A stretch of 64,000 nt of DNA from Chiloscyllium plagiosum. Taxonomy: Eukaryota. A program made the position numbers and the translations under genes. Each line of letters begins with the position of its first letter. The stretch's first letter is position 1. Of the stretch, positions 1 through 12,559 are shown one piece after another. Under the pieces are notes generated by a model. That model had not been told where the DNA came from. It made no database searches and saw only the letters and a program-made list of their open reading frames with translations. The stretch covers positions 33,682,584-33,746,583 of the forward strand of contig NC_057732.1 of assembly GCF_004010195.1 (NCBI RefSeq), in the 5' to 3' direction.

Positions 1-327
1 GTTGATTTTAACCCTACTGTGAATCCTCTTGCAAGGATGCCTGCCTTGAAGAAGTTTTCCTCCTCTCTCTACAAGAATCTCAGGGAGTCCCCACCTTCAT
101 CTCCTCTCCCACTCACCTATTGTACTCTATGCTACTTTCTCCCCACCCCCACCCTCCTCTAGCTTATCTCTCCACGCTTCAGGCTCTCTGCCTTTATTCC
201 TGATGAAGGGCTTTTGCCCGAAACGTCGATTTTGCTGCTCGTCGGATGCTGCCTGAATTGCTGTGCTCTTCCAGCATCACTGATCCAGCATCTGGTTTCC
301 AGCATCTGCAGTCATTGTTTTTACCTC
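1..327 (+). mobile_element. Penelope-like element fragment (family A): partial tandem with pLTR
   Basis: The pLTR motif cctgatgaagggcttttgcccgaaacgtcgat...gatgctgcctga...ccagcatctgcagtc recurs at 10091-10190(-), 24590-24728 and 52330-52460, where it flanks GIY-YIG PLE ORFs or stands alone. Window start gttgattttaac also follows the pLTR end at 24720. Confidence 0.7.
197..230 (+). ncRNA. Minimal type I hammerhead ribozyme motif (family A)
   Basis: uuc-CUGAUGA-A-GGGC UUUU GCCC-GAAAC GUC|gau: intact core, 4-bp stem II, palindromic ACGU helix III, GUC cleavage triplet. Confidence 0.7.
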
Positions 328-527
328 ATAGTGTTAGGTGCATTAGTCAGAGGGAAATGGGTCTGGGTGGGTTACTCTACGGAGGGTCAGTGTGGACTGG
401 TTGGGCCGATCTGGTTTCCAGCATCTGCAGTCATTGTTTTTACCTCATAGTGTTAGGTGCATTAGTCAGAGGGAAATGGGTCTGGGTGGGTTACTCTACG
501 GAGGGTCAGTGTGGACTGGTTGGGCCG
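290..527 (+). repeat. Perfect 119-bp tandem duplication spanning a PLE/SINE junction
   Basis: 290-408 and 409-527 appear identical by eye. Confidence 0.9.
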
Positions 528-560
528 AAGGGCCTGTTTCCACACTGTAGGGAATCCAGT
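447..560 (+). mobile_element. HE1-like SINE 3' half
   Basis: atagtgttaggtgcattagtcag...gttgggccgaagggcctgtttccacactgtagggaatc matches the 3' part of the SINE copies at 11163 and 7405. Confidence 0.75.
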
Positions 561-1399
561 CAAACTAGAAAGGTGTTTCTAGTAATGAAGTTTAAATAGT
601 TAAGACTTAAACTAAAAAGCAGAAACTTCAAAGTAATTGTCTCTGGATTACTACCTGAGCCAGAAGAATACTGATACAAGGTAAATTGTTGAGGACACTA
701 TTTTTCTTTCACTATTCTCATTTTTGGTTTGGAACAGTAACCTTTCTTTAAGAAAAAAAGAGAATGGAACGACAGACACAGGTCTGCAATTGGGAAATGG
801 CCTAGGAAAGATGATGTAGGATAATTGCTGCTCTAAGAACAACATAAATGAATCAGACTGGTTTTAGATCTCTCAAGTTATTTTCCAGTTTTCAGTTTCT
901 TGGAAGTTCTGAGAAAAGAATCCTAGTCAGTAAGAAATAAATAAGTCTCCAGAAGTCTATGGAAGCTGTTTGTTTTGACTGATGACTATGGAATTCAAGA
1001 TATACAGTCTACAAAATTCATCATCCAAGAATTTCATGAAGGCCTGATATTCATTGTTGAAATAGTTCATCAAACTGGGCAAATTACAGTTCTTTTATTT
1101 TCTTTTAATTTATACTTAAACGGTTATCAGTATATAAGTAGGATTTTATGAAGAAAGAGGATTGGGCTCCGATCATACATATTAATTAGATCGCCTTCTA
1201 GTTTCTATATTCTACTAAAGTTTCATTCTTAACACTAAATTGTTAATTTTTGTTTAAGCTGTAAACTTGTTGTCCAAGATCTGTTATTTGTTAAATCTGG
1301 TTAGGAACAATTGAGTAATTTTGAGGGTCAATGTATATTTTAATTTCACAGTGTGAATCCTGGGTTGGTGAGGCTGCTTTGGCTAGCTATCCCTGTGTC

Positions 1400-4300
1400 A
1401 TAATATAATAAAGTGAAGTTAAACGTATGGCTCAAAGATATAGTGTGGATGAGATTGGTTTCAGCTCATGGGTCCCTGAAGCCAATGCGGGGCAGGATAG
1501 GGGTAACTCCAGTGGAACAAGCTTCACTTAAAAACTGTGCTGGGATAAGTGTTCTGATGAACACAATTAGAGTTATAGAGAAGGCTTTAAATTAATTAAT
1601 GAAATGGGTGCAGGTTTACAAGAGGGAAAAATATAGGCTTATGAAACAAAAGGAAATGGCAGTATTAGAGGGCAGCTATTTGATTTATGATCCTCAGAAT
1701 GGGATGGGAAAGGACAGAAATACAGCAGCAAAATAATATTATAAGGGGAAAATGAAGAAAAGGCAAAATTAATGGTTCTTTACTTGAGTACACATAGTAT
1801 TCAGAACAAAATAAATACAGCTTCAACGACAATCTTATAGTCACTACAGAGATATGATTAAAAGGCAACCAAAGCTTGGAAGTAAATATTCAAGGATATG
1901 TAAATTTTGAAAAAACAGGCAAGCAGGAAAAGATGGTGAGCAACTTTGTTAGTACAGGATAGAATAAGTATGATAGCACAAAATGATCTTGGATCCAAAG
2001 ATGGAGGCAAGAAATAACAAGGTGAAGGAGATGCTGGTGACAGTAGTCCATAGGTTCCCTAACAGTAGCTATATTCTGGGACAAATAATAATCAGAAGAT
2101 AACAATAGCATGTTACAGAAAAGGGCAGTACTTTAATCATAGAATCCCTACAGTGTGGATGCAGGCCATTCAGACCATCGAGTCCACACCAACCCTCTGA
2201 AGAGCATCCTACGCAGCCCCAACCCCCTGTCCTATTCCCATAACCGCTGATTTCCCATGGTTAACCCACCTAACCGACACATTGTTAGACACTATGAGCA
2301 ATTTAGCATGGCAATCCACCTAACCTGTACATCTTTGACTATGGGAGGAAATCCAAGCAGACATGTGCAAATGTGCAAACTCAGTTACCTAATGCTCGAA
2401 TTAAACCAGGGTCCCAGGTGCTGAGAGACAGTAGTACTAACCTCTGAGCCACCATGTGGTGACTTTCATCTTCATGTAGGAAAAGCAAATTGACATAAGT
2501 AGCAATGAGAAAGAATTCATATGGTGTATTTAGGGCATTTTTCTAAAACAATATGTCGTGGATCCATCAGGGATTGGTCTTTTTTGGATCTGGCAATGTG
2601 TAATGAAGCAGTTTAATAAATGATCATTACATAACAGATCCCCAAAACAGTGACAATAAACTGAATGCTAAATTCTACTTTGCTAATGGTGAGAAATCTG
2701 GGTCAGAAACAAATATGCTAAACTTAAGGAAGTGTAATTACAAGGGATTGAAGGCAGAGTTAACTGGCATGGATTGGAAAAGGTGTTTAGCAGCAAAAAC
2801 AGTTGAGGAACAATGACATATAAAAACAGAAAATGCTGGAGAAACTCAACAGATCTGGTAGCACCTGCATGGATAATCAGAGTCAGATAGGACTGTTCTT
2901 CAGAAAACAAGACTTTGCTTTTATTCAAGGAATAATGCAAATGATTAAGAAAATAGTTCATGACTCACTAGAAAGATATATTCCAGAGAGGAAAGATGAG
3001 TCTAAGAAGGGGATAAACTAACCTTGGGAAGTTTAACAATTGTATTAAATTGAAATAAAACACAATGTGACAAAGATTAATCGAAAGCCAGATTGAGAAA
3101 ATGTTTATAAACAAATGATCAGAAAAAAAAGAAAATATACTTTGAAATAAACTTGCAAGAAATATCAAGACAGACAGCAATAGTTGTTAAATATACACAA
3201 AGGAAGAGAGAGGCCAAAAGTAAACATAGGTCCCTTAGATAAGAGACTAGTTCATAGATAGAACTAGGGAAATGATAATGGGGAATCAGGAAGAGGCAAT
3301 GGAGTTGAATAAATACTAATAGCATTCCAAAAATACAAAATAATCAAGCGTTTAAAACAGGAAGAGGAAATAAATGCAATAATTAATCACAAGACACAAG
3401 GTATTAAAGTAAGTTATGGGTCTAAAAGCTGGTAAGTCTCCTAGACCTGATAGGATACATCCTAGAATATCAAGGGAAGTCACTACCAAGATAGTGGATA
3501 TACTGGTAGCCATCTTCCAGGAATCATCAGATTCTGGAAAAATACTGGAAAATTGGAAAACTGCCACTTTTCTTATTCAAAAAGGGGAGGAGATAAAAAA
3601 AGTAACCGTAAACCAGTTAGCTCAACATTAGTCTTGGGGAAATACTAAACGATGTTATAGCAGAGTATTTAGAAATTCGAAAAAAAAAATCAAGCTTTCA
3701 GCATGGCTTCCTGAAGGGAAAATCATGCTTGCCAAATTTACAAGAATTCTTTGAAGACTGAACTAGCAGCATAGATAAAAGGAAGTTAGTAGATGCATTA
3801 TATCTGGATTTTCGAAAGGTCTTTGATAATATGTCACAGGTTCAGCCACTCAATAAAATGACAGCCCAAGGTTTTGGCGGGAGTATGTCAGCATGGCTGG
3901 AAGACTGGCTAACCAACAGAAGACAGAGGGTTGGGATAATGTGTCATTTTTCAGGATGGCAATCTGTGACCAATGGAGTACCACAAGAATTACTGCTAGG
4001 GCCACAATTATTTACAATAGATGCTAATGATTTAGATTAGCAAAGTGAATGTACTGCTGTCAAGTTTGTGGATGACAGAAAAATAGGTGAAGAAAGGCAA
4101 GTGGTAAGGGTGATACAAAGAGTCTGCCCAGGGATATAGACAGTTCAAGTGAGTAAGCAAGAACTTATCAGGTGAAATATAATGTGGGAAAATTTAAGGT
4201 TATGCACTTTGGCTGGAAGAATGGAGGGCAGAATATTATTTAATTGGACAAAGAATACAGAAAGCCACAGCACAAAGAGATTCCTCGTGCATAAGTCATA

Positions 4301-4920
4301 ATAAAGTTAGAATACAAGTTCAGCAAGTAATAGCCAATTTTTCAAAAGGCGTGGAGTATAAAAATAGGGAGGTCTTGCTAAAAATAAGTAAGGCTCTACT
4401 TAGACCACAGCTAGAATACCGTGAACAGCTTTGGTATACTTATCTGAGAAGATATACTGGCACTGGAGGTAATCCAAAGAAAGCTCACCAGGTCATGAGG
4501 TGATATTGAGAAGGTTGGGCCTGTACTCACTGGAATTTACAGGAATGAGAGGAGACTTTATTGCGACATATAAAATTCTTAGCGGAGCTGACAGGTTAAA
4601 TGCAGAGAAATTGTTTTCCCTTGTGGGAGAATCTAGGACCAGAGGGCATAATCTCAGAATAAAGGGTCTCCCAGACAGGAGTTGCAATTTCTTCTCTCAG
4701 AGAGAAGTAAATCTGTGAGATTATTTTTATTTTAGAGCAGAAGGCTGTTGAGTCTGGGTCATTAAGTATTTTCAAGGCTGAGAAAGACAGATGTTTGATC
4801 AGTAAGGGCATCAAGGGTAATGGGGAAGGCAGGAATGTACAGTTGAGGATTACCATATCAGCCATGATTTTACTAGACAAGCCAAATCACTTATTTCTGC
4901 TTCCATGTGCTATGCATGAC
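1400..4920 (+). mobile_element. Old degraded CR1 LINE (ORF1 end, endonuclease, RT, 3' end)
   Basis: Fragments KSPRPDRIHPRISREV, QHGF (cagcatggcttc), YLDFRKVFD, NGVPQELLLGPQLF, KFVDD and LGLYSLEFTGMRGDFIATYKI, with many frameshifts. Confidence 0.85.
2140..2455 (-). mobile_element. HE1-like SINE inserted in CR1
   Basis: Reverse-complement match to the 11163 SINE (gcaatttagcatggc...ccacctaacctg...ctgagccaccatg). Confidence 0.8.
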
Positions 4921-5211
4921 TCTAAACAGTGGAGAGCTTTCCCCAAATTCCTTCGACTCCAGTTTTGTGAATGCTCCTTGATGCTATAGGCAGTCAAAAG
5001 CTGCTTTGATTTAAAGGGCAATAATTAACATCACATCTGAAGGTCAGTATTTATGTCCAAGGCTGTAGTGGGGTCAGAAGCCAAGTGGTCCTGGCGGAAT
5101 GCAATCTCAGCATCAGTCAGTATTGCTGAATAAGTGATACTTGACAGGCTGTCAATGACACCTTCCATTACTTTCTCATTAAAAATACAAAGCAGCTTCA
5201 TAAAGTCTTAC

Positions 5212-5391
5212 CTTATGAATTTCTCCTTTTATGTTGCCTAAAAAGCCAATTGTATAGTCATTCTCCACGGTCACAGCTATTGCTGATAAATTCGTATCAT
5301 AATGTTTCAGAGGTGTTGCAGTAATACCTTCTCTACTTGCAATGGGATATGGAAGGTGCTCACTACTGCAAGGATATACTTTTGCTTGTCC
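5212..5391 (-). CDS. PLXNB2: Plexin-B2-like, second coding exon (C-terminal Sema domain, 60 aa)
   Basis: Reverse complement reads ttttctgctatcccag|GGACAAGCA...ATTCATAAG|gtaaga; 180 nt, phase 0/0. Translation GQAKVYPCSSEHLPYPIASREGITATPLKHYDTNLSAIAVTVENDYTIGFLGNIKGEIHK resembles human PLXNB2 SFPCGSEHLPYPLGSRDG...ENNHTVAFLG as recalled. Absent from the ORF track. Confidence 0.92.
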
Positions 5392-6842
5392 CTGGGATAG
5401 CAGAAAATCAAATTTTCATAAATCAATATATTAATAAAAATTTCAGTCAGTGCCAACAATTATGAACAAAGCTTTTGTAAAAATAGTACTTTAAGATCTG
5501 AATTAAAGCAGTCGAAAGGAAATCTAAAGAACGGTTAGGAAGAAAAAAGGCTGCAAACAAACAATACTAGCTCTCCTCGCCATTTCACCATGATAGTTCT
5601 TCCAGCATTGGACCCACCTTGTAATAAAAGATGTAAGTAACATTTTCAAGAAATACAAGCAAAAAAAAAAGGTTACAGGAGGTCAAAATGTACATAACCC
5701 ACCAAACTGTTGCTCTCATGCATTCACTGAAATTGGAAATTTCCCTGTATCTCTCTTAAATTGACATGTCTCAGACACCAAAGTGATAAGCGAGAGTAGG
5801 GATTGTTGTAAAATAACAACAAGATGCACCTTAGATTTCCAGAATATTTGAAGCAATACTCATCTGCAGTGAAAATTAATGCTATTAGAACTTCTTCGCT
5901 CCTCATCAGCATCACTGATTTTCAATTTAGTAACTTCCCAACCTGTTCCCACCGGTTGTCAGAGCTCAGACTATCACTGGACTGAAAGGTGAACTTGTAC
6001 CATCTTCTAAGAAACTGAAGATTCACACTTACATGGCAATTTTCACAACCTCCAGAACAGCTCAAAGTGATATGTAGTCAATTAAGGACTTTAGAAGTAT
6101 TGTCTTGCCTTGGAGTGGGATTTAAACTCCGATCTAATGACTCAGGGGCAAGCTGTTAGAACTTGAATCTCAGGTGGTACTCATCATGAATGGGATGTTA
6201 TGTTGGATGTATTATTTCTGCACTACCCCATTATCTGCAGCTGGACTGTTGGAAATCATACCTCTCGGTTGTTCTTTTTCCCCTAAGCCAAAAAATGTTT
6301 GAAATGTGAGAGTTGATCAATGGATGTTGAACAAGCCTGGGCAATCTAGTGGAGCATATCCCAATACACCTGTGCCATGGTCTAGCCAGAATACTTCTAG
6401 GACCAAGTGTCTAAATTTGGTCAAGCAAGTCAGTCAAGCTCTAAGGTGTAGCAAAAAGTCAAAATGCTAATGGACACAGAACAAGATGTTGTGTACTAGA
6501 CTCTACAGGCTTGTATATTATTTTGTGAATCTTCAGTCATTCATCATTTCAAACCCCACTTCATCAGAACTTTTAACTTCATTCGCCCAAATAATCAGCT
6601 AGCTACTTTATAAACACATCAATCAATTCTACCACAATAGCTTTCATAAATGCCTCATTTAAGAATTTAAAGACCCATTTTATTATGACATTTCATCTAG
6701 ATTTGTATTCAGAATTGTTGGAGTGGGAGGAGTAAGTGAGGAGATAAATGTCGGAAGACAGTATGATTTTTCACAACTTTTGAGAATTCTAACCATTTCA
6801 ATACAGAAATGAAAATCATTGTTCCATGCAGAGAATAAATTC

Positions 6843-6915
6843 TAGCCTTGGATGACTGTCTGTGTGGAGTTTGCACATTCACCCAGTGTCTGCGTGGGTT
6901 TCCCCCGGGTGCTGC
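6843..6915 (+). mobile_element. HE1-like SINE internal fragment
   Basis: gactgtctgtgtggagtttgcacattc...tgtctgcgtgggtttcc matches the central domain of the 11163 SINE. Confidence 0.65.
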
Positions 6916-7404
6916 AGGAAGTCAATTAATTTGTGAAAGATCTCTCTCTCATCAATTTGCATTGGATGACACGGTCTCCATAGGGCAATGACCTTCTTAG
7001 AAGGTGCAGTTCCCAGAAATTAGGACAAAGAAACAAGTGGGGCCAAGAAAAATATTCTCCAACACCAGAGGCATAATAAATCTTGAATTTTTTTCCCTCC
7101 AAATTACATTCCCTTGTTTTGAGATTTCTGCACTAACAGGAACAATAAGAACTTTTCATTTCCAATGCCCATCATTCTTAGAATCATCTCAGTGAGAATA
7201 TCCCTTAACTACATCAACTTCAGATGATATGAACTGTTTTACCAATAACTCCTAATAGGCCAAAGTCTTCCTATCATCAAGTTGAATTATTGTTGGACTT
7301 TCTACAAGGTCAGTGTATGTACCCATATTAAATCCGGAATCTGCTTGTGCTCCCACTGTATTTTGATGATGGGCAAACACATTACAATGGGTTCTGAAGC
7401 CAAG

Positions 7405-7720
7405 TATTAGATTGGATTCCCCACAGTATGGAAACCGGCCCTTCAGCCAACAAGTCCACACCAACCCTCTGAAGAGTAACCCACCCAGACCCATTTCCCT
7501 ACTCTATATTTAGAGTATACAGTAATGCACTGACTAATGCACCTAACACTTTGGGCAATTTAGCATGGCCAATTCACCTAACCTGCACATCTTTAGATTG
7601 TGGGAAGAAACCGGAGCACTGGGAGGAAACCCACACAGACAGTCACCCAAGGCTAGAATCGAACTCAGGCCCCTGGTGCTGTGAGGCAACAGTGCTAACC
7701 ACTGAGCCACTGTGCCACCC
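7405..7720 (-). mobile_element. HE1-like SINE
   Basis: Runs from the ttagattgg tail to actgagccactgtgccaccc (reverse complement of the tRNA-like head). Confidence 0.85.
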
Positions 7721-7819
7721 AAATATAACTGAGTTGTGTCAAATTATTTATATTATTGTTTAAATGCATAATATTACTGATATCATGTACTAATAGTTTG
7801 TACTGCCTCACATGATCTT

Positions 7820-9225
7820 CAATTTTTTGAAGAGGTAACAAGTAGGTTAGACCAGGGAAACCCAACGGATGTTACCTATCTAGACTTCCAAAAGGCCTTT
7901 GATAAGGTGCCTCATGGGAGGCTGCTGAGTAGGCTGAGGGCCCATGGTGTTGGAAGTGAATTACTGGCACGGATTGGGGATTGGCTGTCTGACAGTTGGG
8001 ATAAAAAGCTCTTTTTTGAAATGGCAGCTGGTGACAAGTGGTGTCCTGCAGGGTTCAGTGTTGGGGCTGCAGCTGTTCACATTATATATTAATTATCTGG
8101 ATGAGGGGACTGGGGACATTCTGGCGAAGTTCACCGATGATACGAAGTTAGGCGGATAGGCAGGTAGTTCTGAGGAGGTGGGGAGGCTGCACAATATTTT
8201 AGACAGTTTAGGAGAGTGGTCCAGGAAATGGCTGATGAAATTCAAGGTGAGCAATTGCAAGGTCTTGCACTTTGTAAAAAAGAATACAGGCATGGACTAT
8301 TTTTTAAATGATGAGAAAATTCATAAAGCCAAAGTATAAAGGGATCTGGGAGTGCTGATCCAAGGTTCTCTAAAGGTTGATTTGCAGGTTGAGTCCGTGA
8401 TTAAGAAAGCAAATGTAATGTTGTCATTTATCTCAAGAGAGTTGGAATATAAAAACAGCGATGTGTTTCTGAGACTTTATAAAGCTCTAGTTAGCCCCCA
8501 TTTAGAATACTGTGTCCAATTTTGGGCCAAAGTGAGGACTGCAGATGCTGGAGATCAGAACTGAAAATGTGTTGCTGGAAAAGCACAGCAGGTCAGGCAG
8601 CATCCAAGGAACAGGAGAGGGCTTATGCCCGAAACGTCGATTCTCCTGTTCCTTGGATGCTGCTTGACCTGCTGTGCTTTTCCAGCAACACATTTTCAGT
8701 TCCAATTTTGGGCCCCACACCTGAGGAAGGACATACTGGCACTGGAGCTTGTTCAGTGGAGATTCACACGAGTGACCCCTGGAATGGTAGGCCTAACATA
8801 TGATGATCGGCTGAGGATCTTGGGATTGTATTCACTGGAGTTTAGAAGGTTGAGGGGAAATCTAATAGAAACTTACAAGATAATGCATGGCTTAGAAAGG
8901 GTGGACACTGGGAAGTTGTTTCCATTAGGCGGGGAGACTAGGACCAGTGGGCACAGCCTTAAAATTAGAGGGGGTCAGTTTAGAACAGAAAAGAGGAGAC
9001 ATTTCTTCAGCCAGAGTGGTAAGCCTGTGGAATTCATTGCCATGGAGCGCAGTGGAGGCCGGGACGTTGGGTGTCTTCGAGGCTGAGATTGATAAATTCT
9101 TGATCTCGCAATTAAGGTCTACGGGGAGAGGGAGGTTAACTGGAATTAAAACGTCCATCAGCCATGATTAAATTGCGGAGTGGACTCAATGGGCCGAATG
9201 GCTTTGCTTTCATTCCTATGTCTTA
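7820..9225 (+). mobile_element. 5'-truncated CR1 LINE (RT to 3' end)
   Basis: [46 protein letters not shown] and LGLYSLEFRRLRGNLIETYKI. Confidence 0.9.
8529..8700. mobile_element. Fold-back PLE pLTR insertion (family A) with 14-bp TSD
   Basis: TSD tccaattttgggcc at 8515-8528 and 8701-8714. Inverted arms aactgaaaatgtgttgctggaaaagcacagcagg... and ...cctgctgtgcttttccagcaacacattttcagtt. Confidence 0.88.
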
Positions 9226-10090
9226 AGATGCTAAACTACTGGAGCACACAAAAGAGCACCTATTAGATACGAATCAGGTTTTAAACAGCCAGTTGGTTTT
9301 TAAATATTCAGTGGGTTATCCATATCACTGTTTCTATTCCACTAGAGCCGCACTCATTGTAATTCTTACACCCAAGGTATACTGCCTTGTAGTATGCTTA
9401 CTCAACTTATCTGCTTCTTTTTTCTTGTGACCTACAGCTATTTGTTTCTCTGTTGTGGACATTTCTCGGAAACCTCAAAGTCAGAATACTGTTCAGTGAA
9501 GTCATGGGAAAAAAATTAAACATTTCATGTTGTAAAAGGAAGTGAGTAACAGGGATCTATAACAAGCCAATCAAATTAAATTAACAGGTCAAATGCTCAC
9601 AGTCTTTGAGTCAAAAACATGGACGAGATACCAGGGATTTCTCATATAAAATGTGTGAAATGAACTTCTTAGTAGCAATGTGAAGGAAATCTCTGGAATA
9701 ATTTCAGAAACTGGACTAGATGCTCCAGTTGGCTCACAGGATGCAGCTATCAATTTGTTCGGAATAAGTGGATAAAATAGCCTGAATGGACTTTCTCCCT
9801 TACACTGTCAACTTCATTTATAGCACTGGCAAAGTAGCCTCCTTCTATCAAATTTATGCTGTTCCTCTTTGGAGCAATCCAGTTAGTTCCTTTTTACTTG
9901 TCTGACCCCTGTAGCCCTTTGCTTCCTTTAAATGCCCATCCTTTTTTGAAAAATAACGGATTGTTTCTGCTTCTCTCTCCTGTCCTAGCAGGGTGTTTTT
10001 GGTCATTATTGTTCACAATGCATCACATCCCCCCACTGCATCTTGCATTCAAAACATTAGTCTAAGTATGAGGTGATACAGATCTTATCA

Positions 10091-11592
10091 GAGTCTAGAT
10101 TAGAGTGGTGCTGGGAAAGCACAGCAGGTCAGGCAGCATCCGAGCAGCAGGAAAATCAACATTTCAGGCAAAAGCCCTTCATCAGGAATGAAGGCAGCGA
10201 GCTTTCAGGGTGGGAGATAAATGGGAGGAGGGTGGGGCTGGGGAGAAGGTAGCTAAGAGTACAATAGGTGGATGGAGGTGGGATGAAGGTGATAGGTCAG
10301 AGAGTAGGGTGGAGCAGATAGGTGGGCAGGGAGATTGGCAGGTAGGACCGGTCATGAGGATGGTGCTGAGCTGGAAGATTGGAACTGGAGTAAGGTGGGG
10401 GGAAGGGAAATAAGAAAACATTGATGCCCTGGGGTGGAAGTGTTCCAAGGTGGAAGATGAGGCGTTCTTCTTCCAGGCGTCGGGTGGTGAAGGAGTGGCG
10501 GTGGAGGAGGCCCAGGACCTGCATGTACTTGGCAGAGTGGGAGGGGGACTTGAAATGTTGGGCCACAGGGCGGTGTGGTTGATTGGTGCGGGTGTCCCGG
10601 AGATGTTCCCTAAAGCGCTCTGCGAGGAGGCGTCCAGTCTCCCCAATGTAGAGGAGACCGCATCGGGAGCAACGGATGCAATAAATGACATTGGTGGACG
10701 TGCAGGCAAAACTTTGATGGATGTGGAAGACTCCTTTGGGGCCTTGGATGGAGGTGAGTGGGGAGGTGTGGGCGCAAGTTTTGCAATTCCTGCAGTGGCA
10801 GGGGGAGGTGCCAGGATGGGAGAGTGGGTTGTTGGGGGGTGTGGACCTAACCAGGTAGTCACCGAGGGAACGATCTTTGCGGAAAGTGGAAAGGGGTGGG
10901 AAGGGAAATATATCCCTGGTGGTGGGGTCCGTTTGGAGGTGACAGAAACGTCGGCGGATGATGTGGTTATGCGGAGGTTGGTAGGGTGGAAGGTGAGGAC
11001 CAGGGAGTGCTGTCCTTGTTACGGTTGGAGGGGTGGGGTTTGAGGGCAGAGGTGCGGGACGTGGATGAGATGCACTGGAGGGCATCTTCAACCACGTGGG
11101 AAGGGAAATTGCAGTCTTTAAAGAAAGAGGCCATCTGGTGTGATCTATGGTGGAGAAGATATGGGCGGCATGGTGGCACAGTGGTTAGCACTGCTGCCTC
11201 ACAGCGCCTGGAGACCAGGGTTCAATTCCCGCCTCAGGCGACTGACTGTGTGGAGTTTGCACGTTCTCCCCGTGTCTGCGTGGGTTTCCTCTGGGTGCTC
11301 CGGTTTCCTCCCACAGTCCAAAGATGTGCAGGTCAGGTGAATTGGCCATGCTAAACTGCCTGTAGTGTTAGGTAAGGGGTAAATGTAGGGGTATGGGTGG
11401 GTTGCGCTTCGGCGGGTCGGTATGGACTTGTTGGGCCGAAGGGCCTGTTTCCACACTGTAATGTAATCTAATCTAATAAGGATCTCCTGGGAGCAGATAC
11501 AGCGGAGGTGGAGGAATTGGGAATACGGAATGGCATTTTTGCAGGAGGTAGGGTGGGAAGGGGTGTAATCCAGGTAGCTGTGGGAGTCGGAT
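10091..11592 (-). mobile_element. Penelope-like element (RT thumb + GIY-YIG endonuclease + pLTR), 5'-truncated and frameshifted
   Basis: SHSYLDYTPSHPTSCKNAIPYSQF; CHCRNCKTCAH; NVIYCIRCSRCGLLYIGETGRLLAERFREHLR; RRLEEERLIFHLGTLPPQGIN. Hammerhead motif at 10155-10189(-). Confidence 0.9.
11163..11477 (+). mobile_element. Full-length HE1-like (V-SINE type) tRNA-derived SINE nested in the PLE
   Basis: A-box tggcacagtgg (11174-11184), B-box ggttcaattccc (11219-11230), CR1-like 3' tail and (taatc)n end. It interrupts the PLE ORF. Confidence 0.9.
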
Positions 11593-12438
11593 CTATCAAC
11601 CAACTGAAACAGTTTTAATTTGTCTTCCTAACATATCATAGTCTTGATTTATTTTATATGACCTCACAACCCCATATCATCCGAGAAGAACAAATATATT
11701 AGCATTCTCAGAAAGCTCAACTCTGATCTGTAATCTCATTCAGCATAATAAGATAGATACACTAGAAAAAAAAGTTTTTTCTGCAAGCAAGTAATAATTA
11801 CCTCATGTGGTGTACAATACCACCTAAACTGCAGGTTTGAACATAAAATCTTTTTTCCTACGTTTCTAAAGTAATGCAGAAAATTAATTCTCATAACCCA
11901 ATCAGCAGCACGGATAAATAGTCTTCTGGGTATGATTCAGACATTATTCCACAGCAAACACACTAACATATTGTGAACACTGTCTTCCTCAAATGTATTT
12001 TGCTTAGTTGCAATACACAACACAATCATAGTAGTGATGCATGGTTAAGACAGAGAGGAGAGAGAAAGGACAATAGAACATCAGTACTGAATAACCCAAC
12101 ACAACACTTTCGTTTATAAATAAACCAAAATAAACGCTATGAAGACAAATAAGCTGGTTCCTTTTTCAAATAAAGCACATTTTCTTCAAAGTAATTCAAA
12201 ACACTTTCTACATAATTATCTTTTATCCCATTTCTAATTTCTAGTTCCAATTCATAAACCACCGCATAGATTTTTACATTCTGTATGAAAAATATTTCAG
12301 TTCACTCTTCCTACTTAGCTTTATTCTTTCAGAAAGAATGTCTTTACCACCGTGCATCCTTATCACCATGAATGTCCTACCTTCCTGACCTTGCCCCTTA
12401 CCTGTGGAGTAGTGACCCTCAGGTTAAATCACCACTAA

Positions 12439-12441
<3 letters not shown>

Positions 12442-12469
<28 letters not shown>
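12442..12469. repeat. (TC)n microsatellite inside a SINE remnant (about 12385-12500)
   Basis: Direct reading; flanks resemble 27340-27445 and 63295-63400. Confidence 0.9.
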
Positions 12470-12475
<6 letters not shown>

Positions 12476-12559
12476 GAGCGTAGCCCTTGGTCCTCAGGAA
12501 CGACTGGACTTGGATTTTATCTTTATATTTTGCACATGCTAAAAGGATGGGAGGGAAGG

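Noticed and set aside
651-845. ORF as the third plexin coding exon
   Set aside because: No resemblance to the expected Sema end or PSI sequence. The 600-1405 region looks more like an LTR remnant, and that too is not well supported.
10450-11043. 197-aa plus-strand ORF and similar ORFs at 18690, 35017 and 54557
   Set aside because: Antisense or off-frame readings of PLE and SINE sequence.
11163-11240. tRNA gene
   Set aside because: A and B boxes belong to a multi-copy SINE head; no full cloverleaf.
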